Source: the human T2T-CHM13v2.0 reference genome, Homo sapiens. Taken from it: a stretch of 64,000 nucleotides of DNA. The position numbers and the translations under genes were made by a program. This document shows positions 12,277 to 23,539 of the stretch, piece after piece; positions within the stretch are counted from its first letter, which is position 1; each line of letters opens with the position of its first letter. The notes beneath the pieces are model-generated. The model saw only the letters and a list, made by a program, of their open reading frames with translations. It did not search any database and was not told where the DNA came from. The stretch lies in assembly GCF_009914755.1 (NCBI RefSeq), contig NC_060927.1; one strand, 5' to 3'.

Positions 12277-12653
12277 TACGTTAGTTTGTTCTCACACTAC
12301 TGTAAAGAACTACCTGAGACTGAGTAAGTTATGAAGAAAAGACATTTAATCACCTCACAGTTCTACAGGCTTAACAGAAAGCATGACTGGGAGGCCTCGG
12401 GAACCTTACAATCATGATGGAAGGGGAAGCAAGCACCTTCTTCACTGGCGGCAGGAGAGAGAGAAAGCAAAGGGGGAAGTGCTACGCACTTTTAAACAAC
12501 CAGATCTCGTGAGAACTCATTCACTATCATGACAGCAGCAAGGGGGAAGTCAGCCCCCACGATTCAATCACCTCCCACCAGGCCTCTCCTGCAACACATG
12601 GGGATTACAATTTGACATGAAATTGTGTGGCAACACAGAGCCAAACCATATCA
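12277..12653 (-). mobile_element. MaLR solo LTR (MSTA/THE1-type)
   Basis: aagaactacctgagactg...cttacaatcatg...agccaaaccatatca; 5-bp TSD gcttc at 12272-12276 and 12654-12658. Confidence 0.92.
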
Positions 12654-12739
12654 GCTTCCCATGAGAACTATGAGGTCTGTCAGCTTCAGTTACTTGAAGA
12701 GTTTTTTTTATCTGAGAGAGACATCTGTCATTTTTGTTG

Positions 12740-13230
12740 CAATATCAGAGGTTAGTGCTACTCTCAGAGACTTAAAGGTGGCAATGATGTTGATTCCCAT
12801 AATATCCTATTTATTTTTTTATTCCAGTCTAGACAACCACACACTTAGCCATATTGTAGTGCCTATTGCTATTGTTCTGCCAGATGTGTTATGCTTAATA
12901 GAACACTTTAATACCGTATTTGGTGTGAGATATGTGGTTACTGATGTGAAAATGTATTATTTTCAATACAGATCATGAATAAGGATCAGAAGCATTTTAC
13001 ATTCACCTGAGATGTCAACAGTGTACATTGTCAGTCTTGTCCCAGGGTTATGCTAACTCTTCTACTCTGTGTCTAAAGGAAACTTTGTTTGCTGGACATT
13101 TTGCAGAACAGCAGTCTAGCCCATTGTGTTGCTGATATCATGTGAATTGGACCTGGGGAGTACTCTGGATAAGTGCCCTTGTAAATTGCATGTGCTCCAG
13201 GAAATTGCAGATAAAACCAAGAAAAACTGT
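12740..13230 (+). mobile_element. ERVL-type internal fossil, reverse transcriptase region
   Basis: ISEVSATLRDLK...VVPIAIVLPDVLCLIEHFNT, then QKHFTFT, VLSQGYANSSTLC and LAHCVADIM parallel HERV-L RT (EISATIKDLK; PIAAAVPDV; LPQGY; HYIDDIM); contains stops and frameshifts. Confidence 0.8.
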
Positions 13231-13489
13231 ATATTGGGAGCATGTAATTATTATATGTGACAAAAACAATATATTTTAAAGAAGTGATTGGTACCTAGAC
13301 AAAGAACAGTCACAGCTGGATTTGATGGAGAGAAGAGGCTATCACCTCGAGATCCTAGCTTTTGTTGAGATGGAGACTAGATGGGAATTGGGTTTGACTC
13401 CCTTGGGGAGAGGCTAAGAGTGTCTTATGTGTGGAGAGGGGCTGAAACAGGCCCATGATGATCAGAGTAGAAGAAACTTAGCTAATCAC

Positions 13490-13875
13490 CAAGTCCACTT
13501 TTTTTCTTTCTACACACACAGTCTCCTTGTTCAGTTAACTGTGGTCATATGATTAAGTTTAGAATTGGTAGTGGCATACATCACTTACATTTCTAGTGAA
13601 TAAGCACCTCATATCTTGAACCCTCTGTGAACATTCTTTCTCCAGCTTAACCCAGATGAGAACACAAACATTTCAGGAAGACCTGTGTGGAAAATGCTTG
13701 AGTGACAAGATGAAGGAGTCTAAAACTCTGAATCACCAAAAGGAGTAGAATAGTCTTTCAATTAGGATCATGTGCTTGATACTTTGCATGAAGGAAAACT
13801 AAATTATTATGTCAATTCACTAAGAGAGTGGGGATTTTCTGTATATGCAGTTACTGTTACAGTAATTAGTGCACA
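13490..13875 (+). mobile_element. Old MLT1-type LTR
   Basis: gtggtcatatgattaagttt; caagatgaaggagtctaaaactctgaatcacc; attcactaagagagtggggattttctgt. Confidence 0.5.
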
Positions 13876-13939
13876 TGTACAACGTCCAAAACCCCTCAAC
13901 TCTGTATAACTATTGGATTTCTTTTTCAGTATAGGGGCA

Positions 13940-14470
13940 TGGATATTTAGGCTTAAGAATTTTAGTTGTTATCCTATGTGCAGTGAGAAGTTATTTATGT
14001 GTTGTAAGTGGGAAGAATGTGTTTGTGTGTTGGTGGTGAAAAGACATTCTGGTGTCAGTGTGGAAAACGGATGGGATGATGGTGTTAGAAGATGCAGATA
14101 GTGTAGTTAGAAGGTTATTTAATACATCGAAGCAATAGAGGAATGTATCTTGGACTTTGAGGATAAAGGGGGAAATGAAAAGAAATAGTTGGATTTAAGA
14201 AATCTTTAAAAGATAAAATCTGGAAGACTTGACAATGGTTGAAACAATGGAGTTGAGGGTAAGGTTAGTGTCAAAGATATGTCCCTGGTTTATGGCTTGC
14301 ATAAATGTTTGTTGGGTGACCCTATCCTCGGGACAGGAAACACTGAAAGATTACTGGGTTTGGGGGTAAAATAGGGGAAGATCTTAGTCTCAGCTTTGGA
14401 CATATTAACTCTAAGGTAACTTTGGGATTTCCAAATGGAAATCAAGTTAATTAGGTAGTTGGGTTGTGGC
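13940..14470 (-). mobile_element. L2 remnant (copy in OR5AC1 cassette)
   Basis: Minus-strand translation YLRVNMSKAETKIFP matches the L2 ORF2 motif HLKLNMSKTELLIFP. Confidence 0.75.
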
Positions 14471-14519
14471 ACCATTAAGAGAAATAGAGGGAAGGGAAAC
14501 AAGCTTATTATAAATTCTA

Positions 14520-14700
14520 TTCAATGATATTTTATAAACATGCCCCAACAGTGAACCCCAGGGACACAATGTGTAGTTTTGATTGTTATAACTAGTTGTT
14601 TATGACTGACTTGATGATTAGCTCACAATGCCCTGTAGAATAACTTTGACTCATCCTATTGGGAATCCTTTGGAAACATTGAGGGAATTTACCTTTTTTT
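14520..14700 (+). promoter_or_regulatory. Putative OR5AC1 promoter block (homeodomain + O/E-like sites)
   Basis: CCCCAGGGA 14556-14564, TGATTA 14615-14620, TCCTATTGGGA 14654-14664; the block is paralogous to 37080-37250 and 54020-54172. Confidence 0.6.
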
Positions 14701-14937
14701 TAAAGAATGGATTTGAAGATAGAAGATAGAAATGCCATCTCCTTCCAGTTCGGAATTTTCAAGGAAAATTGGTACACTACTAATACTGCTTCATCTCTGT
14801 ACATTTTATGTTTCTTCCAGACAAAGAGCATATTTTGTTTCCCAATGTTTCATAGGACCTGGGTGAGAGTGCAGAGATTTTCATAATTTTTATTATTTTA
14901 GCTTTGCAATTTGTCTGTAACATAACAAAATGTCTAA

Positions 14938-14943
14938 GTAAGA
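14938..14943 (+). other. Putative 5' UTR splice donor of OR5AC1 (GTAAGA)
   Basis: Aligns with CAG|GTAAGA at 54587 in the OR5AC4P cassette; lies ~280 bp downstream of the promoter block. Confidence 0.5.
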
Positions 14944-16399
14944 AATTAAAATCCTAGACAGGATTTTTAAAAATAATTGACAACCAAAATATGAACAGAC
15001 AGAAGTAAATACCCTTTTGAACATGTATATTTCAGTTAGAATTTTTACAGTGGAGGTAACACAATTGTTGAGAAGTTTTTAAACAAACTTTGATTAGCAA
15101 AAAAATGAAAAATGAAAAATTTAAGTAATAATAAGAAAAATCCAACAGAGCTTATTTTATAACATGAAAAGTTTTCTCAATTAAGATGTAAGCTATGCAA
15201 CTGAAGTATAACTTATTTGTAATTTTTCAGAATAGGAAATTCTGGCTTAAGGCTTATTTGACTGAGTAAAATTAAAAATTCTTTAATTCCATGGAATTGT
15301 GGGAATATGGGCTAAGTCTCTAGAGTTAACTTCAATAGACTCCTTTTGTCTCCTTATGTCTTACATAACTTAAGAAAAATTCACAAACTTACTCATTCTT
15401 GGCTAAATTATACATTGAAGGAACTAAAACTAGAAATATCAATAATTCAGTTACTTGAGGTTATAAGGAAAATTGGGCCAGTTTGTTCTGGGCAAAGATC
15501 TTTTATAGTTCTTAATTATTAGTGTATGGTTTTAGCTCTGTTGTATATGCTAGGGCTCTCTGTGAGTATATATTTAAAAATAAAAATCCTAAAATGAATT
15601 CATTCTTCATTTATTTTCAGTAAAGATAATATCACATCTCACAACTGTTATTTATGCTAATATTTGATGCTTAGAAAATTAGCCTTTATTTATATTTTTA
15701 AATTATACAAACCCAGTTTTTCAAATATTCCTCATAGTAAAAAAATTTATGTTCCCTAAGTATTATGAGGCATGACTATAGAATTATGAAAAAAATTTTT
15801 ATACATGAAAATGCCAGAACAATTTATTCATATTTCTTCTCAAGGTAATCTAGAAGGGTCTATATTCATGAGAAAACCTCTTTTTGAAGTTCTTTTAGAG
15901 ACTATATATAAATCACACACATTCACAAAAATCTCTTTACTTCATGAAAACACTAAATGTTATATTCATAGCAGTGATAAAAAATAAAGTATAAAAGAAT
16001 AAATTTAATAAGAACATTACAGAAATTACAAAAATTCTAAAATTTCTAAAAATTCTGTTACTCTATTTGAATCTCTATCTTATATAATTACAGATAACTT
16101 TGGAGTATTAAAAAATTCTATCTACTCTCAATGCTCAAAAGTTTTTTCCGTTGATAATATTCAAAATACCATGCGAATTTGCCTGAATGTTATTTCTGCA
16201 TTTAAGCAATATGTAGGTACAAAAACTTAGAGATTATAGACCCCTAATTTTACATTGAAATTTTCAGTGACAAAATATCTCCTTTACAAGGCAATAAGGT
16301 TTTATTGTCCTTGATTCTTTTTTCCACTATGACATGTTAGAGACTGTTCTTTCATACATCCCTTCATATACATAGGTAGACACATGTACATACATATGT

Positions 16400-17880
16400 T
16401 TATATAATTTTATGTTAAAGAGATAATAACATACATGCTGTTTTTCTTGTGGAACTCTTATTTTGATTTATCCCTCTTGCTCTCTCCTCCACTTCCCCTA
16501 ATCTGGCATCTACTCCCATACTACATAAACCAGTGCTACTAATTTAGTATCCATTACCCATATTTTTCTCCATGCAAAGAGAGATTTAAAAGTGCAATTC
16601 TTGTTTTACAATAATGAAATTATATTGTTTACACTCATATGTATCTTGCCCTTCTCATATCTACACATTGTGGTAATTCTCAATTCAATTGGTATAGACA
16701 GTTCTTTTTTTTGTGCCTGAATTTTATTCCACAGTATGAATGTACTGTGATTTATCCAACCATTTCACTGTGGATGTGTCTGGTCTTTGCCACTGTGAAC
16801 CATAATGCATTGGATATTTTTTGTATATTTATATTTGAGTAGTGGTACTTTTATTTCTAGGCGGTATATATTAAAAATGGTAAATCAAAGGGTATATATA
16901 TGTTTTATAAAATTAATGAGAGTATATAAAATTGCTTTCCAAAAAGACTGTTGCAATAAATATTTCCATCAGTAATATATGAAAATATTACTTTTCTCAC
17001 CTCAGTTAGTAGTGAGTATTTTATTCATTTTAATTTCTGCTAATCTGATATATGAAAATAAAGGGGTGTGTATGTGTGTGTATGTGTGTGTGTGTGTGTC
17101 TATGACATAGAAATTTGTGTATCTTTTCATTTCATTTATTGGTCATTTTCTTTTGTTAAATTTGTAAACTTGCTTATTTATATCATTTACTCATTCTTCT
17201 TTTAGATACTTTGCCATTTGCTTATCTATCTTAAGTTTTTATTATAGACATACATCTGTAGCTTTCATATCCATGATAAAATACGTTTTCTAATTTATTA
17301 TATGCCTTTTGATTCTGATAGATACTCTTCTGCCATGCATTACAATTATATAGGAGCTATGTATTTGTTCTGGCTTTCTTTCTTTGAATAAGAATTTCTC
17401 AAATCTCTAAGTTACATTAAATTTCTTAGAAAATATTTGTGATGTGAGGTAGAGCCTAACCTTATTTACTTCCAGAGAAATAGCCAACCGTGCCAGTATA
17501 ATTCACTAAATCAGTCATTCTTTTCCTTCTGTATTGAGATATATTTGTTTTATGCCAAATTCCTTTATGTATTGAAATATATTTCTGACCTCTCTATCCT
17601 ATTGTGCTGATCCTCTTGTCTATTCTTATCCCAATATCTTAATATTTTGATTATTATGGCTTTATATCATAGCTCAATAGCAGTTAAGGTACTCAACTAT
17701 TCTTACTATTTAGTATTTTCTTGGGGAAAATGGCAACTTTTTTCTTTCATATGAACTTTAAGATAAGTATATGCAGTTGTAGAAAAAACCCTGTTAGATT
17801 GAAAAGGATTTGCACTAAGTTTACATGTCTCTTTGGATAGATTATGATTTTAAGACTTTTTATAACAGATAATTTTGAAT
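16400..17880 (-). mobile_element. Old L1ME-type fragment in the predicted OR5AC1 intron
   Basis: Antisense old-L1 phrases (aaattgctttccaaaaagactg; gatgtgaggtagagcctaacc; ttcatatgaactttaagataag); related sequence occurs in the other two cassettes. Confidence 0.55.
17066..17099 (+). repeat. (TG)n microsatellite, interrupted
   Basis: gtgtgtatgtgtgtgtatgtgtgtgtgtgtgtgt read directly. Confidence 0.9.
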
Positions 17881-17901
17881 GTATATTATTATAGAGAAGT
17901 A

Positions 17902-18074
17902 AGCCAGGTGTGGTGACTTATGCCTGTAATCCTAGAACTTTGGGAAGCTGAAGCAAGAGGATTTTCGAGCCCAGGAGGTCGAGGCTGCAGTCAGCCATGA
18001 TTGCAGCATTGCATTCTAGCCTGGGTGAGAGAGGAAGACTCTGTCTCAAAATAACGAAACCAAACAAAATAAAA
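17902..18074 (+). mobile_element. Monomeric Alu (FRAM/FLAM-like)
   Basis: Single arm (gccaggtgtggtgact...gagcccaggaggtcgaggctgcagt...ctctgtctc) with A-rich tail, ending ~130 bp upstream of the OR5AC1 acceptor. Confidence 0.85.
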
Positions 18075-18180
18075 GTGGACAAATAAGGGTAAAAATTTAA
18101 AACTAATAAAACAAGAAGCATCTCTTGGGAATCAGTCACACCTAAAATGTCATCATTGTTATGACTCTTTTGTGACTATA

Positions 18181-18201
18181 TTCTCTCTTCTTTCATTTTA
18201 G
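18181..18201 (+). other. Putative splice acceptor before OR5AC1 coding exon
   Basis: Polypyrimidine tract ttctctcttctttcattttAG 18 nt before the ATG; the same AG|TGA junction occurs in all three cassettes. Confidence 0.7.
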
Positions 18202-18219
18202 TGATTGGCCAGGTCACAC

Positions 18220-19144
18220 ATGGCAGAAGAAAATAAGATTCTGGTGACTCACTTTGTCCTCACAGGACTCACAGATCATCCAGGGCTGCAGGCGCCCCTG
18301 TTCCTGGTGTTCTTGGTCATCTACCTCATCACCCTGGTGGGCAACCTTGGCCTGATGGCTCTCATCTGGAAGGACCCCCACCTTCACACCCCCATATACT
18401 TATTTCTTGGCAGTTTAGCCTTTGCAGATGCATGCACTTCATCCTCTGTAACTTCTAAGATGCTTATCAATTTTTTTATCAAAGAATCATATGCTATCCA
18501 TGGCTAAGTGTGCCACCCAGTTTTACTTTTTTGGTTCCAATGCAACCACAGAATGCTTCCTGCTGGTAGTGATGGCCTATGACCGCTATGTAGCCATATG
18601 CAATCCCTTGCTTTATCCAGTGGTGATGTCCAATAGCCTCTGTACTCAGTTTATAGGTATTTCATATTTTATTGGTTTTCTGCATTCAGCGATTCATGTG
18701 GGTTTGTTATTTAGATTAACTTTCTGCAGGTCCAATATTATACATTATTTCTACTGTGAAATTTTACAGCTGTTCAAAATTTCTTGCACCAATCCTACAG
18801 TTAATATACTTCTGATTTTCATCTTTTCAGCATTTATACAAGTCTTCACTTTTATGACTCTTATCGTCTCTTACTCCTATATTCTCTCTGCCATCCTGAA
18901 AAAGAAGTCTGAGAAGGGTAGAAGCAAAGCCTTCTCTACTTGCAGTGCCCATCTGCTCTCTGTCTCTTTGTTCTATGGCACCCTCTTCTTCATGTATGTG
19001 AGTTCTAGGTCTGGATCAGCTGCAGATCAGGCCAAAATGTATTCTTTATTTTACACAATAATAATTCCTTTACTAAATCCTTTTATTTACAGCCTAAGGA
19101 ACAAAGAGGTTATAGATGCCCTGAGAAGAATCATGAAGAAATAA
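18220..19144 (+). pseudogene. OR5AC1: Olfactory receptor 5AC1, frameshifted allele (one extra T)
   Basis: [19 protein letters not shown]...[11 protein letters not shown], then [37 protein letters not shown] in a shifted frame. Removing one T from T7 at 18471-18477 gives 924 nt = 307 aa with no other lesion. Confidence 0.93.
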
Positions 19145-19552
19145 ATAGTTGTCAGACAACATTCAAACCATTTCTTCTTTATATTCTGCTGAGAAAACCC
19201 CAAGTCCTGTAGATTAGGACTAGTGGTCAGGGTGGTCCCTGAGCTCTGTGTAAAGGATCTCAGCTTCATATTATGTTTACTTGGATATGGATCCAGTGAA
19301 GGTTTGGTAACGTTACCCAAAATCAGCTTATTTAGAAACACTGTACTTCATTTTAATCTGAGCATTTAGCTTTTTCAAAATAGCTATTTGCTAGGGACTT
19401 CAAAGTTATAGGTAGTAATTGGCAATTTTACTGAGAAATACTGAGAAATATTTATAATTGCATAAGAAAGACATAATTTTATCAGGATTATTTTTAACAA
19501 TATCCAAGCTATTATACCATATTACCTTGAAAAGAAAAGGTTGCAGCTGAAT

Positions 19553-20022
19553 TGTAGTTGTTTCCCCCAGTTTGAGATGCCCCTGAGGAATGGACATCTA
19601 GACAGGCAGGTTATATTGCTGGGATTGGTCTGAACTGATTGCTGATCTAAAATGTTCCCAAGTATATTGTATCAGTTTTTAAGATTGTTTATTATATAAC
19701 CTATATTTTATAGAATGCAGCTGTACTGAAAAATGGAGGTGAGGCAAACATACCTCCAGGTGCTAGGTGACAAGCAAGTTACTTAAGCTAAGAGACACTA
19801 GACCCTGCACTTTTCTTGTGCTAATTTGAGCTGTACTTATTTCAGTTTGCATTCAGTTACTGAAACTTGGGCAGTTGTATCTGGGTATCTAAGACCTCTG
19901 TAATGCTGCTGCTTTGCATTATTTGGTATTCTTGCTTAAAGCTAAATAAACTTGGGTAATAAACATGGCTAAATAAACACTGGGTAAGTTTGATTGTCAT
20001 TGTATACTTGAAACTTACTACA
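19553..20022 (+). mobile_element. Putative 5' LTR of an ancient ERVL-type provirus
   Basis: Terminal inverted repeats TGTAGT...ACTACA, 470 bp; AATAAA at 19945, 19958 and 19972; followed by gTGG (PBS-like start) and retroviral internal sequence. Confidence 0.6.
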
Positions 20023-23000
20023 GTGGTCCAATGATTAAATGACGCTCATACAGAAGGATGGGTAGGGAAAATCTTTTGAGACTTTAGTGCTGGGATGGCT
20101 GCTAACTTATTCTTGGTTTGTGGTAGTGAAAATTTTTTGAGGTAAATTTTGGGGGACAAATCTCATCAATGGAATTTAGATGATTAGCTTCAAAGCTCTA
20201 CAATTAACCAAAATGAATTAATAAAAAAGGCAAACGGAAAATAGCTATATTTCTTGATTGTTATCAGTGATATTAGCACAATGGAAATTCTATCAGGAGA
20301 ACACAAAAAGATAGACTTGACTTATAAGAGGTGAGGAAAATATGAAAATAGAAGATGAGCTGTAACATGTTTTGCTGGAAATCTGGCAGAGATTATATTT
20401 ACTGGTCAACTAGAGGTCACTTAGTGTGACCACTGACTTTTCAAGAGGTGTGAGGACAAGGCCAGATGACCATAGAAACTAGGAGGTACTGTTAAATAAT
20501 TGAAGCGTTTTGCCAACAGATAAACACTGGAAACCTGATGAGGTTTTGTTAGTCTGGATGCTCAGACTGTGTGTTCAGGGAAGTAATATTTTAAAGGTAA
20601 GGAATCCATTCAGTTTGAATGGAATTATATGGCCAGCCTATATAAACTTTAGTATACATTTCTCATTCCCAATTACGATACACAATAGTTAAAGTAAAAA
20701 TCCAACAAGTTTGCCTGCCCAATTCTTTCTCTTAATGGTAGATGAAGGATCCGTGCAGAGATAGTAGAAATATTCTAATGCAGACACTTTAGGTTGATTA
20801 TAGATAAAACATATAATTACTCTTAATGGAAAATGCCTTTAACACAAACTATGATAAATGCAGTGATAAGGACAGTTTGTGATGCTTGGTACCCTTATAT
20901 AATCTTCCTTTTATTAGAATATAATACTATACAGACGGCCATGGACAAACATGTTAGCAAGCTGCTACTCTTGCATCTTGATGATAGAAGAAAGGTATGT
21001 AATATTTAGAGAGAAAGAAATGATTAAAAATGGTCTAGCTACATGGAATTATTTTGGTGGCTAATGAAAGTAGTATGAAAAGGAAATAAACTGATGAAGG
21101 TGCTGTATAAAATATGGTGTTGAATTGTTACTGGCTAGGAGGTGGAAAACTCTTGGTACTTTGGACAACCACACTTGCCTCACTGAACAAACTCGTCAAG
21201 TTTGTTCTGTTTACTCCTGTTTGGGATATGTCAAAGAGTATTGAGAAAATAAAGTGGGTAAGCAAGGTGCAGAGGATACCTCTGTTAAGGCAATAGATTT
21301 TTAAAAAGTTAAAATCTACTTGCAAAAGTTCAGCAGAGAAATCTAAAGATGTACACTTGGTCTAACTTGAATAGCTTTGGGGTGGTGAACAGAATTTCCA
21401 GGGATTACCAGAAGCTGGAACACAATATATAGAGATACCAGCAAGAGGCAGAGAGTGCAACAATAAGGACCAAGGTAAAACTTTGAGGATAATGTGATGC
21501 TGTCATAGTAGGTACCAGAGTTACATTAAATTACAAATTGGAAAATATGAAAGTAAGAATGCCCTGTAGAAATGTCACCTCTACACAAGTGTCTTATTGG
21601 ATTTGATGTTATGTGAATAGAGAAATTCGTCATTGCCTGCTGATTTCTAATCAGGTATTAATTGAGCATGTCTGTACCCATTTCTAATTTGACATACAAA
21701 TGAGAACCTTTAGAATTGTGCAAATTTTCCTCTGCAGTGAGAATTAAGCAAAACCAGATCTCAGGAGGACAATGACAAATTTCTGCTTTGATTAAAAAGA
21801 TAGTAGAAACAGGAATATTAATCCCCATCAACTAATTATATAAAAGTCTTGTCTGGTCTCTAAGGAAAAAGACAGTTCATGAAGACTAACCATAGACTAC
21901 TGAGGACTAAATAAGATCCTTCTTCTGATGATCTCTGTGCCATGAATGGCAAAAGTCATTCAAGAAGTATAGCAAACTAAAGGTGACTGGCTGCTATAGA
22001 GCTGGCCAAGGATTTTTATTTTCATTCCAATTTCAGAAGAAAGTAAAACAATTTGCTTCTTTTGGTAAAGCCTGCAATACATATTTAAGATAATTACTTT
22101 TTCCAGTATAGACATGTACCTTGGTTAGGTAAGATCTAGACTTGATTCCTATAAGAGAAAATTCGTTTATTACATTGATAATATTATGATAATTTATCTC
22201 TCAGAGGAACTAAGAAATTAAAGACTTAAGAACTGTGGTGACACATATGACTAACCCAAAGTGGCTAATCAACCTCATTAAACTATAGGGCCTTGAACAA
22301 TCTGTAAAACTTTAGGGAATAATTTTGACTGGAATCACAATAGACATTCTAAACACAACGGAATAAATTGCTGTCTTTGCAGCCCTGATGGATAAGAAGA
22401 GGACTATCTGCATGTTGGTGAGTGCATTTATTGCACTTGAACCTTTTATGAAGCCCCATATTGAGTTACTCAAAAGAAATCTGAGTTTCAATGAAGTCAG
22501 GAAAAACCATGAACTTTGAGACTTACAATCTGTTTGGAATATATTCCAAACAGTCTTTCTAGAACCACATCTTCCATCATCCTAAAGTCCAAATGAATTT
22601 AAAGGTGTCTATACAGCTGGAGTCCCTGGCAAACATCAACATTACCAAACAATGACACCATCAGGAATTTGGAATTTTTAATTACTTGATGTGCAGCAAT
22701 GAAAGGCCTTTTTGAAAGACAAGTGTAGGCCTGTTATTAGGCCTTGATGGAAATAGCGCCCTCTATGGAAACACAGCAAATAATATTATTTTATTTTATT
22801 ATTTATTGTTTGTTTTTTTCACTTTTTAAAAGAACAGTTTTAGGTTTATAGCAAAATTGAGAAGAAGGTACAGAGATTTCCTGTATACCTCCTGCCCGGA
22901 CACTTGCACAGCCTCCTGCATTATCAACACCCCCAACAGAGTAGCACATTCATTTCTGCTGATGTGCCTATGTTGACATACCATAGGCACCCAAAGTCCA

Positions 23001-23520
23001 TAGTTTACATTAGGGCTCACTCTTGGTTTTGTGCATTCTATGCGTTTGGACAAATGTATAATAACGTGTACCCACTATAATAGCATCATATAGAATAAAC
23101 CTGAGATAACTATTGTGTTATGAGCAGTGTCAAATATATGTTTTAAAAAACCTGAGGCAAGTCAGCAAAAGTCGTTGATTAAATGAAAAGTATATATAGG
23201 AATATCCACTGATGATGGCTCTAGGGGAGTGCTTCATATTCATGACCAGTTTTCAGCCCTGCCACTGGGACTGAATATAGGACACCCCAAGGAGATACTA
23301 GCTGTTAGTACTGAATAATCTGAACCTTATAATTATTCACCTGCTAAAGCAAAGCATGCCACCTGGTTCATCAACAGAAGATCCAGAATTCAAGGACAAG
23401 ATGCATTTTGAAAATCTGTAGCTACTTACTCCAAAAATAAAGGATAAGATCTTGGTTGAAGAATGTAGAAATAAATATACACAATGGGCAGAATAAGGGT
23501 AGTGTATAAGAGCCTTCCCA
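20023..23520 (+). mobile_element. ERVL-type internal region (degenerate pol: RT, tether, RNase H)
   Basis: Degenerate translations ISALIKKIVETGILIP, RLTIDY*GLNK, YYIDNIMI (YIDD motif, ~22170), FERQV*ACY*ALME, TWFIN and YTQWAE parallel HERV-L pol. The 5' ~1.6 kb is assigned by position only. Confidence 0.75.
22790..23097 (-). mobile_element. L1MC-type 3' end inserted in ERVL pol
   Basis: cagttttaggtttatagcaaaattgagaagaaggtacagagatttcc...aaagtccatagtttacattaggg; pol homology resumes directly afterwards (KPEITI). Confidence 0.8.
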
Positions 23521-23539
23521 GTCTTATCTGGTGGATTAA

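Noticed and set aside
18205-18219. MARSH N-terminal extension of OR5AC1
   Set aside because: Starts at TTG; the first ATG is 18220.
18491-19144. 217-aa ORF as a separate gene
   Set aside because: It is the post-frameshift half of OR5AC1.
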